The notes beneath the pieces were generated by a model that ran no database searches, was not told the DNA's origin, and was given only the letters and a program-made list of their open reading frames with translations. Below, in pieces: positions 1-21,608 of a stretch of 64,000 nucleotides of DNA. Both the position numbers and the translations under genes were made by a program. This stretch comes from Eledone cirrhosa (lineage: Eukaryota). The DNA lies in contig OZ024742.1 of the NCBI GenBank assembly GCA_964016885.1, positions 43,834,001 to 43,898,000 on the forward strand. Direction: 5' to 3'. The first letter of the stretch is position 1. The number at the start of each line of letters is the position of its first letter.

Positions 1-190
1 GTGTTCTTTGTGCTTACTTCCCCTGAGCATCTTCCGCATATAAAGTCTATCTTTTGCGTTAATCTACCTGCAATCCCACTACATCTCTTGTGTCTCTATA
101 CTTTACATTGTGTGCACCTTATGGAGTTTCTACTCACCCTTTCTGACATATTGAGCATGGCCATTTTCTTGATGATATCACTTTACTGTG
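1..190 (-). mobile_element. Degenerate RTE-clade LINE fragment (PHD-finger region of RT)
   Basis: The + strand reading CVNLPAIPLHLLC..TLHCVHLMEF matches the antisense reading of the RTE copies elsewhere (e.g. 52489-52833 LPAILLHLLCTQDLHCVHFIEF). Confidence 0.7.
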
Positions 191-864
191 CTCCATTTTC
201 TCTAGGCTTGTCTTTTTGTTATGGTGGGATCTTGCTCTGGCTGCAGACCTGGCTTGTGGCTTCCAGAAGGTTGTCCTGTAGAAATTTCCAATTTTTCTCT
301 GTCATATGTCCCCAGCTCTTCTTCCTTACTGCCATAAGCATCAAGAAGGATTTTTTCTAAATTTGTTACTTACAGAGGGTTCTCTCAGCTTCCATGTCTA
401 CCTTCTCCAGATTGGGTTTTGTCTCTTGGTCCACCTTGCTCTTACTCTAATGTTGCTGACAACTAATCACATGTTGCTAGGGATTGTTTGAAAACAGGCT
501 TAGAAATTCCCAATACAGTAGTAGCATAACTGAAGGCACGTAACTCTACATGCTTCAATTTGTGTTTGCGAAGCAGGTTCCACTCCTACTTTACATTTAC
601 TAATTGCAGCCATTGTGCCTTGCTTTGCTGGAACTCTGCTAGACTGTTAGATGTGTTATGGTTGTTCCAATAGAAGTTCTATGTTGCAAAAGTACAAAAT
701 GATAGACAAGCTTCAACTGGAGTTCACCTAAGATTTGAAGCCTCTAGGGAGAAGTCAGCTGAGAGGAAACAAACAATTTTTTTATGCTTTCATTATTGTA
801 TTCCTAATGAAAGACATTGCCTTTAATTTTGAAAATAAAGAATTTATAGGGATTTAACTTTAAT

Positions 865-930
865 CGTGAGGTTGTGTGTTCGATTGCATTATGTCCTTGA
901 GCAAGACGCTTTATTTCACATTGCTCTTTC
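865..930 (+). mobile_element. Degenerate CORE-type SINE fragment
   Basis: GTTCGATT B-box-like motif followed by TGTCCTTGAGCAAGACGCTTTATTTCACATTGCTC, which resembles the CORE-SINE central domain. Confidence 0.45.
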
Positions 931-1941
931 TGCCAGGAGTTGCATCTGGTAGATAAGTATCAGTAATGGAAAGACCAACTGAAACATTGTTTCCTTGGTC
1001 CAATTTGACGAGTTCCACCCCACTTCGTTAGTGAATGAGGTCTGAGATCTCGTTGATCATTTCTTAGTAATATAATTGTTAAAACATTATTTAAAGGGTC
1101 TTAGATAAAAGTATTATGGAAGGTTTTTAGATGAATATGAAAAACAAAATAAAGTCTTATATCGGCGTCAGTTTCAAGCAGTTTAGTATCAAAAGGATTA
1201 CATTTAAATAAATTGCAGAAATTTCAGTTTTAAAACAAATTGAATTTATTTTCAAGTTTAAGTAAAATTTTTTTTTTTTAAGCTTATATTTTATTTTTTT
1301 AAAAAGCAAATCTGATTATGACAACTGAAAAAAATTACATGTCCAATAATTTATTTTTATTTTAATTTGATTTAAACATAAATGTCGGTCTTTCTTTTTA
1401 AATTTTAAACTGATGAAATAAATCATTTCTCACTCTAACCCTACCAAATAAACTAGAATTAATTTTTTTATCATTAAAATATATAAATTCATTAACTGGT
1501 ATCTACTCCTCTGATACCAAACCACCCAAAATAACCCTGGTTCTATGAGACAAAACCACTCATTTAAAAGGGTTCCTATCTGAATTATTTTCAATATTTT
1601 ATATAAGAATCCCTTATGTTACAAATACCTTCTTAATAATGAAATAATTAATAATTTTAGTAAATCCATGAACATTCTTTATTAATTAAAATAGTGTATT
1701 TCATTAGAAATATAATCATAAAGTGGTGGAGTGGCAAAAACTCTTATTTGAGCATAGTGTGCCAGGGATTAAGTAAGATTGAACTATATTTATTATGGAA
1801 AGGAAAGTGACTGATTGTCAGATCAGACCAAGGAAACTGTTTTCATTAGGCTTTCCATTACTGATATTATTTGAACTCAGAATACATGCAAACCAATAAG
1901 ATATTACAAAGACTCTTTAACAATTTTGCTTATCCACCACC

Positions 1942-2290
1942 TCGTATTTTATTTATCAACCCCAGAAAGATGAAAAGCAAAGTTGATCTTAGTGGGATTT
2001 GAATTCAGAGAACAGAGAGCCAAAACATATACCAAGGCGTTAACCCATCTTGATACCAAACCACCTCTCTTTTATGATACAAAACTGTTTATCTAAAACC
2101 CTTCCACCATAATTCTATGTAAGATCCTTATGTTATGATCCAGACACCAGCTTAATAATGAGAAATTTAGTTATATTACTTAATCACTTCAAACACTTGA
2201 TTTGAACACCATAGGCAGAATGTGTTTCATGAGAAATATGGTTAGGAAAGAGTTCATCAGACACTCTAATAACTGCCAATTTGCTGCATA
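1942..2290 (-). mobile_element. Old tRNA-derived SINE (minus) interrupted by a TTAA-type MITE at ~2040-2255
   Basis: SINE body (TTTATCAACCCCAGAAAGATGAAAAGCAAAGTTGATCTTAGTGGGATTTGAATTCAG) at 1945-2020 and head (ACACTCTAATAACTGCCAATTTGC) at ~2258-2288 flank a TTAACCC..GATACCAAAC-type repeat also seen at 1506 and 19296. Confidence 0.55.
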
Positions 2291-2301
2291 TATTTATTAT
2301 A

Positions 2302-2503
2302 AGATTGGTAGAGCATCAGACAACATGCTTCATGGCATAGAATTACGGCCCTTTATGGTCTGAGTTCAACCCTGCTGAGGTTAGCTTTACTTTTCATTCT
2401 TACGGGGTTGGTAAAATAAAGCACCAGTAATGCACTGGAGTTGATTTAATCCACTCTCCCCTCCCCTAAAACTGTTGACCTTGTGCCTAAATCAGAAACC
2501 ATA
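2302..2503 (+). mobile_element. tRNA-derived SINE, long subfamily
   Basis: B-box GAGTTC, central GAGGTTAGCTTT..TTTCAT.CTTACGGGG..TAAAATAAAG.ACCAG domain and CCTTGTGCCTAAATCAGAAAC 3' end are shared with about 15 copies in the window. Confidence 0.8.
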
Positions 2504-3297
2504 AGATGTAGAAAAATTGTATCTGAGACTAATGTGAGGCATAGCTTTGACATACATTTTTGGGCGTGGGAGGAGAATCTTATCAAAAAACTTTTCCATG
2601 ATATTTTTATCAATGATATAAGGTTATCTGTAAGTTAAGCTAAAGGCATATGTTATGATGCTGGTCTGAAAGGGACAGGAAAAAAGAAATGGTGGAAGTG
2701 GGAGGTGGGCGGGGTCATCATTTTGGTGAAATTTTTATCTCTGATGAGAGAGAAAGAAGGTATATGGTATGCTGTTTAGACTAGATCCTATGGTCACTAC
2801 TAGTTAGTTGGTTTATCAAAAAAAAAAATTGTTGAGGTTCAATGCTTTTCAGAAAGGAAGTATTTTTTTTTTTTTATTCAGTTCTTTAAGTCTGGCATGA
2901 CACTTCGTTTGCACCTAGTAACAAGGAGAAAGAGGCTTGCTTCATTGAGGTACATAAATGGTAAAATAGAAAGAATCAAACCTGAAGAGGAGGGCCTTCC
3001 TAAGTTGTTCATTCACCCTGCTAAATGTAAAAAGAGAAAAAGTGAAATCAGTCACACCCTTCCTCTCTCTTTCTCTCTCTCTTAACTAATTCCCCATCTG
3101 TTTATAAAAATGGTAGCAGGGGCCATTTATACCTGTTAGGGAATGGTGTGGCTACATAGTTCCCTAGTTTGAAAAAATTGTAGCAGCCAGATATTCCCAC
3201 CGACAAACTCCCTACTGTTTATACACACACACACACACAACCTCAATGGAACTGTATATATATATATATAGATATATAATTGCAATGGAACTGAGTT

Positions 3298-3349
<52 letters not shown>

Positions 3350-3382
3350 TATATAGATATATAATTGCAATGGAACTGAGTT

Positions 3383-3417
<35 letters not shown>

Positions 3418-3483
3418 CTATATATAAATAAATATATATATAAATATATATAAATAAATATATGTATAAATATATATAAATAA

Positions 3484-3516
<33 letters not shown>

Positions 3517-3538
3517 AATATGTATATAAATATATATG

Positions 3539-3580
<42 letters not shown>

Positions 3581-3680
3581 TATAACGAAGGAAATGTGGT
3601 AAGGAACCAGGTGGACCATGACGCACCAAAGTACGTACTCAATACGGCTTGAGCTCAGCCGTCGGGGTCCTACTCGTTCC

Positions 3681-5948
<2,268 letters not shown>

Positions 5949-8716
5949 CCTCAGGAGAAAAATATGGAAGCTAAAGGACCCCATAACCAGAAATAAATTT
6001 CAAAGCATATTACTTGACGCTTTCGACAGTAAGGAAGAGCAATTAGAGTCGTATAATATAGAGGAACAGTGGGAATTCCTGAGAGCAAACCTGCTGACGG
6101 CGGCAGACGAAGTCTGTGGCTGGAGCAGGCCTGTAGGTAGGAGGAGAGTAACATGGTGGTGGAACAGTAAGGTGGAGGAGTCAATTAAGGCCAAAAAGCA
6201 GGCTTGGAAAGTATGGCGGGATGGGGAAGTAGAGAAGACTATCAAGTGGCCAGGAGGAAGCTAGGAGACAAGTGTACTTCGCAAGAAGGGAAGCAGAGGA
6301 AAGAAAGTTCAAGCATGTTCTACAACGTGAGGACCAAAAACGTGAGGTGTTCAGGATTGCCAGGCAATGTGTCAAGGAAAACCGTGATATTGTCGGGGAG
6401 AAGTGTGTACTTAACGATGATGGCATACTTGCCATCACCGACGCTGATAAGAAGGTAGCTTGGAAGTGTCACTACGAAAGGCTTCTAAATGAGGAGAACA
6501 AATGGGAGAAAGACAGTCTCCCCCAGATCGATCCAATAGAGGGACCAGCAGTGTTAGTTGAAGGTAGTATAATAAGTAAGGCAATCAAAGATATGAAGAC
6601 GGGTAAGGCGGCTGGGCCTTCGGAAATAGTTGCTGAGATGCTGAAGGCATCTGGTTCGGTGGGACACACCATGGTCACCCGGATAGTTAACCAAGTCGTA
6701 CAGAATGGGGTTGTTCCGAAGGAATGGCGTAGCAGCATCATCGTTAACTGCTATAAGGGAAAAGGAGATGCCCTAGATAGGAGTAACTATAGAGGCATTA
6801 AATTAACCGACCAGGTCATGAAGGTCACGGAAAAAGTAATAGCGCAACTAATCAGAGAGAGAATTGATCTAGATGAAATGCAGTTCGGGTTTGTGTCAGG
6901 CAAAAGTACCACAGACGCTCTTTTCATTGTACGACAACTACAGGAGAAGTACCTAGCTAAAAGTAAACCCCTATACTTAGCTTTCGTCGACTTGGAGAAA
7001 GCCTTCGACAGAGTCCCCCGTTCCATTATCTGGTGGTCTCTTAGAAAACTAGGTGTTGACGAATGGCTTGTGAGAGCTATACAAGCCATGTATAAAGAAA
7101 CAGTCAGTAAGGTTAGAATTAACAACGAATATAGTGAAGAGTTTAGCGTAAAAGTTGGTGTCCATCAGGGCTCTGTTCTTAGCCCCCTACTATTTATTAT
7201 TGCCCTTCAGGCTATAACAGAGGAGTTCAAGACCGGTTGCCCATGGGAACTCCTATACGCAGATGATCTAACGCTCATAGCTGAATCAATGACCGAACTA
7301 GAGAAGAAATTCCAAACATGGAAGCACGGCCTAGAATCAAAAGGCCTTAAAATTAACCTGGCTAAGATTAAAGTTCTAGTTTGTAGGAAAGAAAATAAGG
7401 CGGCGGTCCCATCTGGGAAATGGCCATGCTCAGTGTGTAGGAAAGGCGTAGGTAGAAACTCCATTTTATGTCCCAAATGCAAAGTATGGGTGCATAAAAG
7501 ATGTAGTGGGATCACAGGTAAGCTAACTAAGAACATAGATTTTACATGTGGCCGGTGCTCTGGTGCAATAAGTAGCAGCAAGTGCCCACAAAATACTAGC
7601 TCCTTCAACTGCGCAGAGGGTTCTATAGAAATAGTGGACAGTTTCCGTTACCTGGGTGACAAAATCAGCAGTGGGGGAGGGTGCTCTGAAAGTACAGTAG
7701 CTAGAGTCAGAACTGGATGGAAAAAGTTCAGAGAGCTTATACCACTATTAGCCGCTAGAGGGTTCTCCCTAAAAATGAAAGGCAGGTTATACGATGCCTG
7801 CATACGAACAGCAATGCTGCATGGCAGTGAGACCTGGGCATTGTGTGCAGAGGATATACGCAGACTAGAGAGGAACGAAGCTTGCATGCTCCGCTGGATG
7901 TGCAATAGTAATATACGTGAACGGCAAAGCATAAACGAACTAAGGAAAAAATTAGAAATAAGAGGGATCAGATGTTGTTTACTCGAGAGAAGGCTACGTT
8001 GTACGGTCACGTGATGCGCATGAAAGACGACAGCTGTATAACAAAGTGCAGGGCAATAAAGATAGACGGTAGCCACGGAGTACGCAGACCCAGAAAAACA
8101 TGGGACGAGCTGATAAATTCCGACCTCACACGCTTACACCTCTCCAAGACAATGTCACTGGACCGAGACCTTTGGCGGTACTCAGTAATAGAGAAGACCC
8201 GCCTTACCTAAATACAAAGTAAAAACCTACTACAGTCAGTAGGCATCTCTATCAAAACACCGCCCCGTCCCACCACCTCCACCCCATCCACACCGCCCCT
8301 TTCAATGTACAGTTATGTTGGTCCCACAACATCCAGGCCGAAACAAATGAGATCGTGTAGGTGTCACGACAAAAAACACACAGTCCACGCTGTAAATGTG
8401 GCCGTGTAGGCAACACGGTAAAAACCTCCCAGCCCACACTGTAAATGTGGTTGGTGTTAGGAAGGGCATCCAGCTGTAGAAAACCCGCCAGACAGTCCAC
8501 GCTGTAATGTGGCCGTGTAGGCAACACGGTAAAAACCTCCCAGCCCCACACTGTAAATGTGGTTGGTGTTAGGAAGGGCATCCAACTGTAGAAAACCCGC
8601 CAGACAGTCCTATGCGAGCAAGACAACCACTCTTGCCTCAAGTGGGAAAACCCCCGTCCAAACCCATGCAAGCGTGGAACACGGACGCTAAACCTGATGA
8701 TGATGATGATGATGAT
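5949..8716 (+). mobile_element. RTE-clade LINE, subfamily A, 5'-truncated (begins just after the APE domain), (GAT)n tail
   Basis: RT motifs NYRGIKL, QFGF, FVDLEKAFDRV, GVHQGSVLSP, LLYADD; RTE-type C-terminus (LHGSETW, RRLRxYGHVMRM, RPRKTW); ~490-nt 3'UTR ending in (GAT)n; (TA)n on both sides. Confidence 0.95.
5950..8211 (+). pseudogene. RTE reverse transcriptase ORF with internal C4HC3 finger, broken by single-base frameshifts
   Basis: Upstream frame LRRKIWKLKDP..VTWWWNSKVEESIKAKK joins ORF 6272..8014 and ORF 7972..8211 through 1-nt shifts near 6225, 6258 and 8001. Confidence 0.9.
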
Positions 8717-13172
<4,456 letters not shown>

Positions 13173-13240
13173 CTAGGGAGAGGATCAGGGGTGTATAACA
13201 CTCCACTTATCCAGCAGGCAGTATAAGGTTAGCTTATATA

Positions 13241-14639
13241 TCATCATCATCATCATCATCAACGTTTAACGTCCGTGTTCCACGCTTGCATGGGTTTGGA
13301 CGGGGGTAGTCCCACTTGAGGCAAGAGTGATTGTCTTGCTCGCATAGGACTGTCTGGCAGGTTTTCTACAGTTGGATGCCCTTCCTAACACCAACCACAT
13401 TTACAGTGTGGGTCTGGGAGGTTTTTACCGTGTTGCCTACACAGCCACATTACAGCGTGGACTGTGTGTTTTTTTGTCGTGACACCTACACGATCTCATT
13501 TGTTTCGGCCTCGATGGCGCGGCACCAACATAACTTTACATAGAACGGGGTGGTGGTGGGACGGGGTGTATTTTGTTAGAGATGCCTACTGGCTGGAGTA
13601 GGTTTTACTATATATTTAGGTAAGGCGGGTCTTCTCTGTTACTGAGTACCGCCAAAGGTCTCGGTCAGTGACATTGTCTTGGAGAGGTGTAAGTGTGTGA
13701 TGTCGGAGTTTATCAGCTCGTCCCAGGTTTTCTAGGTCTGCCTATTCCGTGACTACCGTCTATCTTTATTGCCCTGCACTTTGTTATACAGCTATCGACT
13801 TTCATGCGCATCACGTGTCCATACCAACGTAGCCTTCTCTCGAGTAAACATCTGATCCCTCTTATCTCTAATTTTTTCCTTAGTTCGTTTATGCTTTGCC
13901 GTTCACGTATATTACTGTTACACATCCAGCGGAGCATGCAAGCTTCGTTCCTCTCTAGTCTGCGTATATCCTCTGCACACAATGCCCAGGTCTCACTGCC
14001 ATGCAGCATTGCTGTTCGTATGCAGGCATCGTACAACCTGCCTTTCATTTTTAGTGAGAACCCTTTAGCAGCTAATAGTGGTATAAGCTCTCTGAACTTT
14101 TTCCAACCAGTTCTGACTCTAGCTACAGTACTTTCAGAGCACCCTCCCCCACTGCTGATTTTATCGCCCAGGTAACGGAAGCTGTCCACTATTTCTATAG
14201 AACCCTCTGCGCAATTGAAAGAGCTAGTAGTTTGTGGGCACTTGCTGCTACTTATTGCACCAGAGCACCGGCCACATGTAAAATCTATGTTCTTAGTTAG
14301 CTTACCTGTGATCCCACTACATCTTTTATGCACCCATACTTTGCATTTAGGACATAAAATGGAGTTTCTACCTACGCCTTTCCTACACACCGAGCACGAC
14401 CATTTCCCAGAAGGGACCGCCGCCTTGTTTTCTTTCCTACAAACTAGTACTTTGGTCTTAGCCAGGTTAATTTTAAGTCCTTTTGACTCTAGGCCGTGCT
14501 TCCATGTTTGGAATTTCTTCTCTAGCTCGGCCATTGATTCGCTATGAGTGTCAGGTCGTCTGCGTATAGGAGTTCCCATGGGCAGCCTGTCTTGAACTCC
14601 TCTGTTATAGCCTGAAGGGCAATAATAAATAGTAGTGGG
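13241..14639 (-). mobile_element. RTE-clade LINE, subfamily A, 3' part (runs into assembly gap)
   Basis: ORF 13713..14579 is nearly identical in protein to the copy at 5949; same 3'UTR; (CAT)n tail on the + strand at 13241-13260. Confidence 0.95.
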
Positions 14640-14839
14640 NNNNNNNNNNNNNNNNNNNNNNNNNNNNNNNNNNNNNNNNNNNNNNNNNNNNNNNNNNNNN
14701 NNNNNNNNNNNNNNNNNNNNNNNNNNNNNNNNNNNNNNNNNNNNNNNNNNNNNNNNNNNNNNNNNNNNNNNNNNNNNNNNNNNNNNNNNNNNNNNNNNNN
14801 NNNNNNNNNNNNNNNNNNNNNNNNNNNNNNNNNNNNNNN
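14640..14839. other. Assembly gap (200 N)
   Basis: Run of N. Confidence 1.
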
Positions 14840-18098
<3,259 letters not shown>

Positions 18099-19295
18099 AA
18101 TGGGTATTACATGAGTCAGAAAGATTTTAGATAAGTTACCTAATTTGGTCTCTGGATCAGCCTAATCACCCTCAACACTTCCCTACTGTCTTTTAAAATT
18201 GTTCTAACAGGGGGATACAAACTAACAAGAGAGTTGTCTATATTTTTACTCAACCTGACAGATATGGTTGTCAAATTTCTCAGATTTATATTTATAATAG
18301 GGGGGTCTGTGAGTGAGCACGGGATCTTTTTATGTTGTCTCTCAATCTTGTTCATTGTAACTGCTACATCTGCAACAAACAGCCCTATTTTAACACTTTT
18401 GTTACTATATTTCTTATAACATTGCATATGGTTTTCAAATAATTTTGAAAATATTTAAGAATTTGGAGTGATTTAGTATCTAAAATGTTCTTACATAAAA
18501 TTATGATGCCAGGTTTTTGAACAAATAAGGATAACAGGATAAAGATCCCATAACTCCTTGTGGAGTCTTAGAGGCACCATCAAACAGCATGTCTAGGGCA
18601 CTTTTAAACCTGGCGGAGCCCAACCCTCTCCAGGTTTGAACATAGCTGATTTTTCTATAGAGAAGACTCAGCCCCAGTACTGGTACTTTGAACAAATATA
18701 AACACTTAAAACAAGCAGTCTCATATGTAGAACCAAGGATGGCTTCAGGCAGTTTGGTATCAAGAAGGTTGAATAAAATAGGGACTGTGTGTGTCAAGCA
18801 AGGGAACATTTTATATTGTCCATGAATCTTGCCCATTGTAATTGCAAAACATCCCACAAAACAGTCCTATTTTAACTCTTTAACGCCTGTAAATGATTCA
18901 ACAAAAAATATCTAAAAATAGCTTAAACAATTCAAATGTTTTTAATACCTTTACAATTAGACTCTAAAACTGGAAATGTTCACATCATGAACATTTGTAT
19001 ATATTGAGAAAATTATTTGAACTTTTAATGTGATAGATGCATTGCACTGTTTTGTACTTTTCAATAATGTATTGTTAATGTGGTTTCTTATTGTACAGGA
19101 CATGAAAAGATTTTTTTAAAAAGTGTCATTTGAGTCTATAAGGAAATTTTAATATTGTCCCTGAATCACCTTCATTGCTACTGCTAAATCTCCCACAACT
19201 AGTATCCTTATTTTTAAAGGAAATAGGTCCTGCATGAGTCAGCTTGTGTTTAGCTTATTTATATTGCAGCCATATCTACAACAAAAGGCTAGTTA

Positions 19296-19692
19296 TTAAC
19301 CCTTTTTGATAGCAAACTGACTGAAACTGCCTGTTTCTGATACAATACTATCCATTTCAAAGTGTTTATATTAACACCTTCCATGTTTTTATATAAGAAC
19401 CTTTTGTAATGTAAGCATCAGCTTAACCTGTATTTTCATAGTAAACACTTTATTTCACATAATATCGAATCTATGAGATTATATTTATTTTGAGAACAAT
19501 ACCTTAATATCAGTATGAGAGGCCGGTTACAGCTGGTTTGAGCAGAAAAAAGTGAGAGAATTCTGGCCGGAAACAGCCTATTTAAATGGTAAAAGGTTAA
19601 AGGAAAATTTAGTTCTGTGCTAAATCTCTTTCAAAATGAAAAGAAACACAGAGGTGGTGTAATTTACTAAAAATGTAGTCATGAAAGGGTTA
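19296..19692 (+). mobile_element. piggyBac-type MITE (TTAA-CCCTTT...AAAGGG-TTAA) with a second TTAA MITE nested at 19423-19600
   Basis: Terminal TTAACCCTTT / AAAGGGTTAA. The inner element is bounded by TTAA and is homologous to 30388-30595. Confidence 0.7.
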
Positions 19693-19850
19693 AAAGAAAA
19701 ATGGAGACTGCACTAGTCAATTCCTGAGATTTTATAAAGTTCTTCAACAATGTTGAATGCAGCACTCAATTTCTCCCAACAAACACTCTTTAGCATTTGC
19801 ATTACTCTATATTTACTATTGTATTTTTGCAGTAAAGGCTTTATCTCTCA

Positions 19851-19972
19851 GAGGGTCGGACGCCATGCTTTGCAGTACAGTTACATCCCTTTACGAACTG
19901 AGTTCAAATCCCGCCGAGGTTAACTTTGCCTTTCATCCTTACGGGGTCGATAAAATAAAGTACCAGTAATGT
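19851..19972 (+). mobile_element. tRNA-derived SINE fragment
   Basis: Same B-box and central domain as the other copies. Confidence 0.85.
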
Positions 19973-20249
19973 AGTTTTATGTGGAACAGGACATTTGTGT
20001 GTATATCATGACTCATACACTGTTCACTTTTCTGACATTTGTACGTTATTCTATATACTATACATGCACCTTTGATGAGTTGTAGTGCACCCGAGCACTG
20101 TACACAATTTTCATTATCATTATTATAAAAGTTAAATGAATATTCATAGTATTTTCATAAACCAGTCTTGTTAAGGCAAAGAGGATTAATCTTAGACCTG
20201 AAATTCAAACCTGCTTCAGATTTTTTTTTTTTAATTTCTGGGACAGAAC

Positions 20250-20815
20250 ACTATATTCTACATTCCACCAGTTTACCTGGTCACCTGGGGTTATTACCTG
20301 TGATAATGTATTCTACATTCATTCAGTTCATTTAGAGTTATCTAGAGAATGTTACACTTGAGTGTATATATTCTACATTCCATCAGTACACCTGTCCATC
20401 AAGGTATGTGGTTACCTGTGATAGTATACTCTACATTTTGTCAGTACACCTGGAAATGTGGTTAACCGTGGTAGTGCATTCTACATTTTACCCAAGAATT
20501 CAGTTACCTGCATTGGTATATTAGTTACTTGTTTATAATACATTCTACATTTCACCAGTACACCTGTCCGAGAATGTTGGTGCATGTAATATTCTACAGT
20601 TTATCAATTCATATGAATATCTGAGTGTGCTGTTACCTGTGATAGTATATTCTGCATTCCATCAGTTCATCTGATTACTTGAGGAATATTACCTGTACCG
20701 GTGTAGCTGTTACCTGTGCAGGTGTAGCTGTTACCCGTGCTGGTATAACTGTCTGTTACCTGTGCTGGTGTAGTGGTTACCTGGACTGGTATAGCTGCTA
20801 CCTGCAGTGGTCTGT
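20250..20815 (+). repeat. Degenerate minisatellite (~55-60-bp unit TATTCTACATT..CAGT.CACCTG..GTTACCTGTG) grading into a ~20-bp unit GTTACCTGTGCTGGTGTAGCT
   Basis: About 8 copies of the long unit followed by about 6 copies of the short unit. Confidence 0.8.
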
Positions 20816-20984
20816 AATCCATCTATTTAGAAGGTTCCTATTTAAATTATAATCCTCCATAATGTTATATAAAAATGTTTTATGTTGCAAATATCTTAAT
20901 AATTGAAATACTTTTAGTAAATCTCTGAATTCTTCATTGATTAATTCAAATAGTATATTTTATCAGAAATTTGGTAATAAAAGG

Positions 20985-21149
20985 GTTATCCCTTTAGCAA
21001 TTTACATTACTCTATATTTACTATTATATTATTGATTTTGAGAACAATACCGTAACGTCAGTATGAGGGGGAAAGTTACAGCCGGTTTGAACAGAAAGAG
21101 GTGAGAGAATTCTGGGCAGATACAGCCGGTTTAAATGCTAATGGGTTAA
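20985..21149 (+). mobile_element. piggyBac-type MITE, internally deleted copy
   Basis: CCCTTTAGCA..TAAATGCTAATGGG-TTAA termini; homologous to 30388-30595. Confidence 0.8.
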
Positions 21150-21535
21150 AAGACCTAGAAAGCCTCATTTACCCCCCCCCCCCCCCCCCTCTTTTTTTTT
21201 TTTTCACAATTTAGGAGAGTCTGAACAGCACTAAACATTACAATTTCTGTTTGTTAACACTCCCCTCCCCACCAAGAAAGCCATATATAGATATGTGATA
21301 ATATTGCTTTGGTCCATAATATTTAAGTTTTTATCATTATCTACAAACTCTTGTGTGTATGTATATATATATCATTGTTTCAATTTACAGGGAAATTCGT
21401 ATTTTCTGGCATGTTTACATACCTACATATTAAATATTTATATATTTATATACACATTGCTGTAGTTACTGTTACCCACTGTATATATACAGATATAACT
21501 TTATTCTCCACTTCAGCTGTTAGTGCATTTCTTAA

Positions 21536-21608
<73 letters not shown>

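Noticed and set aside
2976-3012. CTGAAGA-GGAGGGCCTTCC as a hammerhead
   Set aside because: A hairpin follows, but there is no GAAA and no convincing stem I.
3243-3390. Repeated GATATATAATTGCAATGGAACTGAGTTTGTG units
   Set aside because: Simple local slippage duplication within a microsatellite; no further structure.
5950-8211. Frameshifts in RTE/CR1 copies as programmed recoding
   Set aside because: They fall at different positions in sister copies, mostly as 1-nt losses in short runs; this fits decay or consensus error, unlike the 40719 site.
13173-13236. Twister-ribozyme-like words on the minus strand (ACUGCC..GGAUAAGUGGAG)
   Set aside because: The essential P4/L4 core (GGUCCCAAGCCC-like) is absent.
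20250-20815. CRISPR-like regularly spaced repeats
   Set aside because: Degenerate minisatellite; the spacers are related to one another and there are no cas genes.
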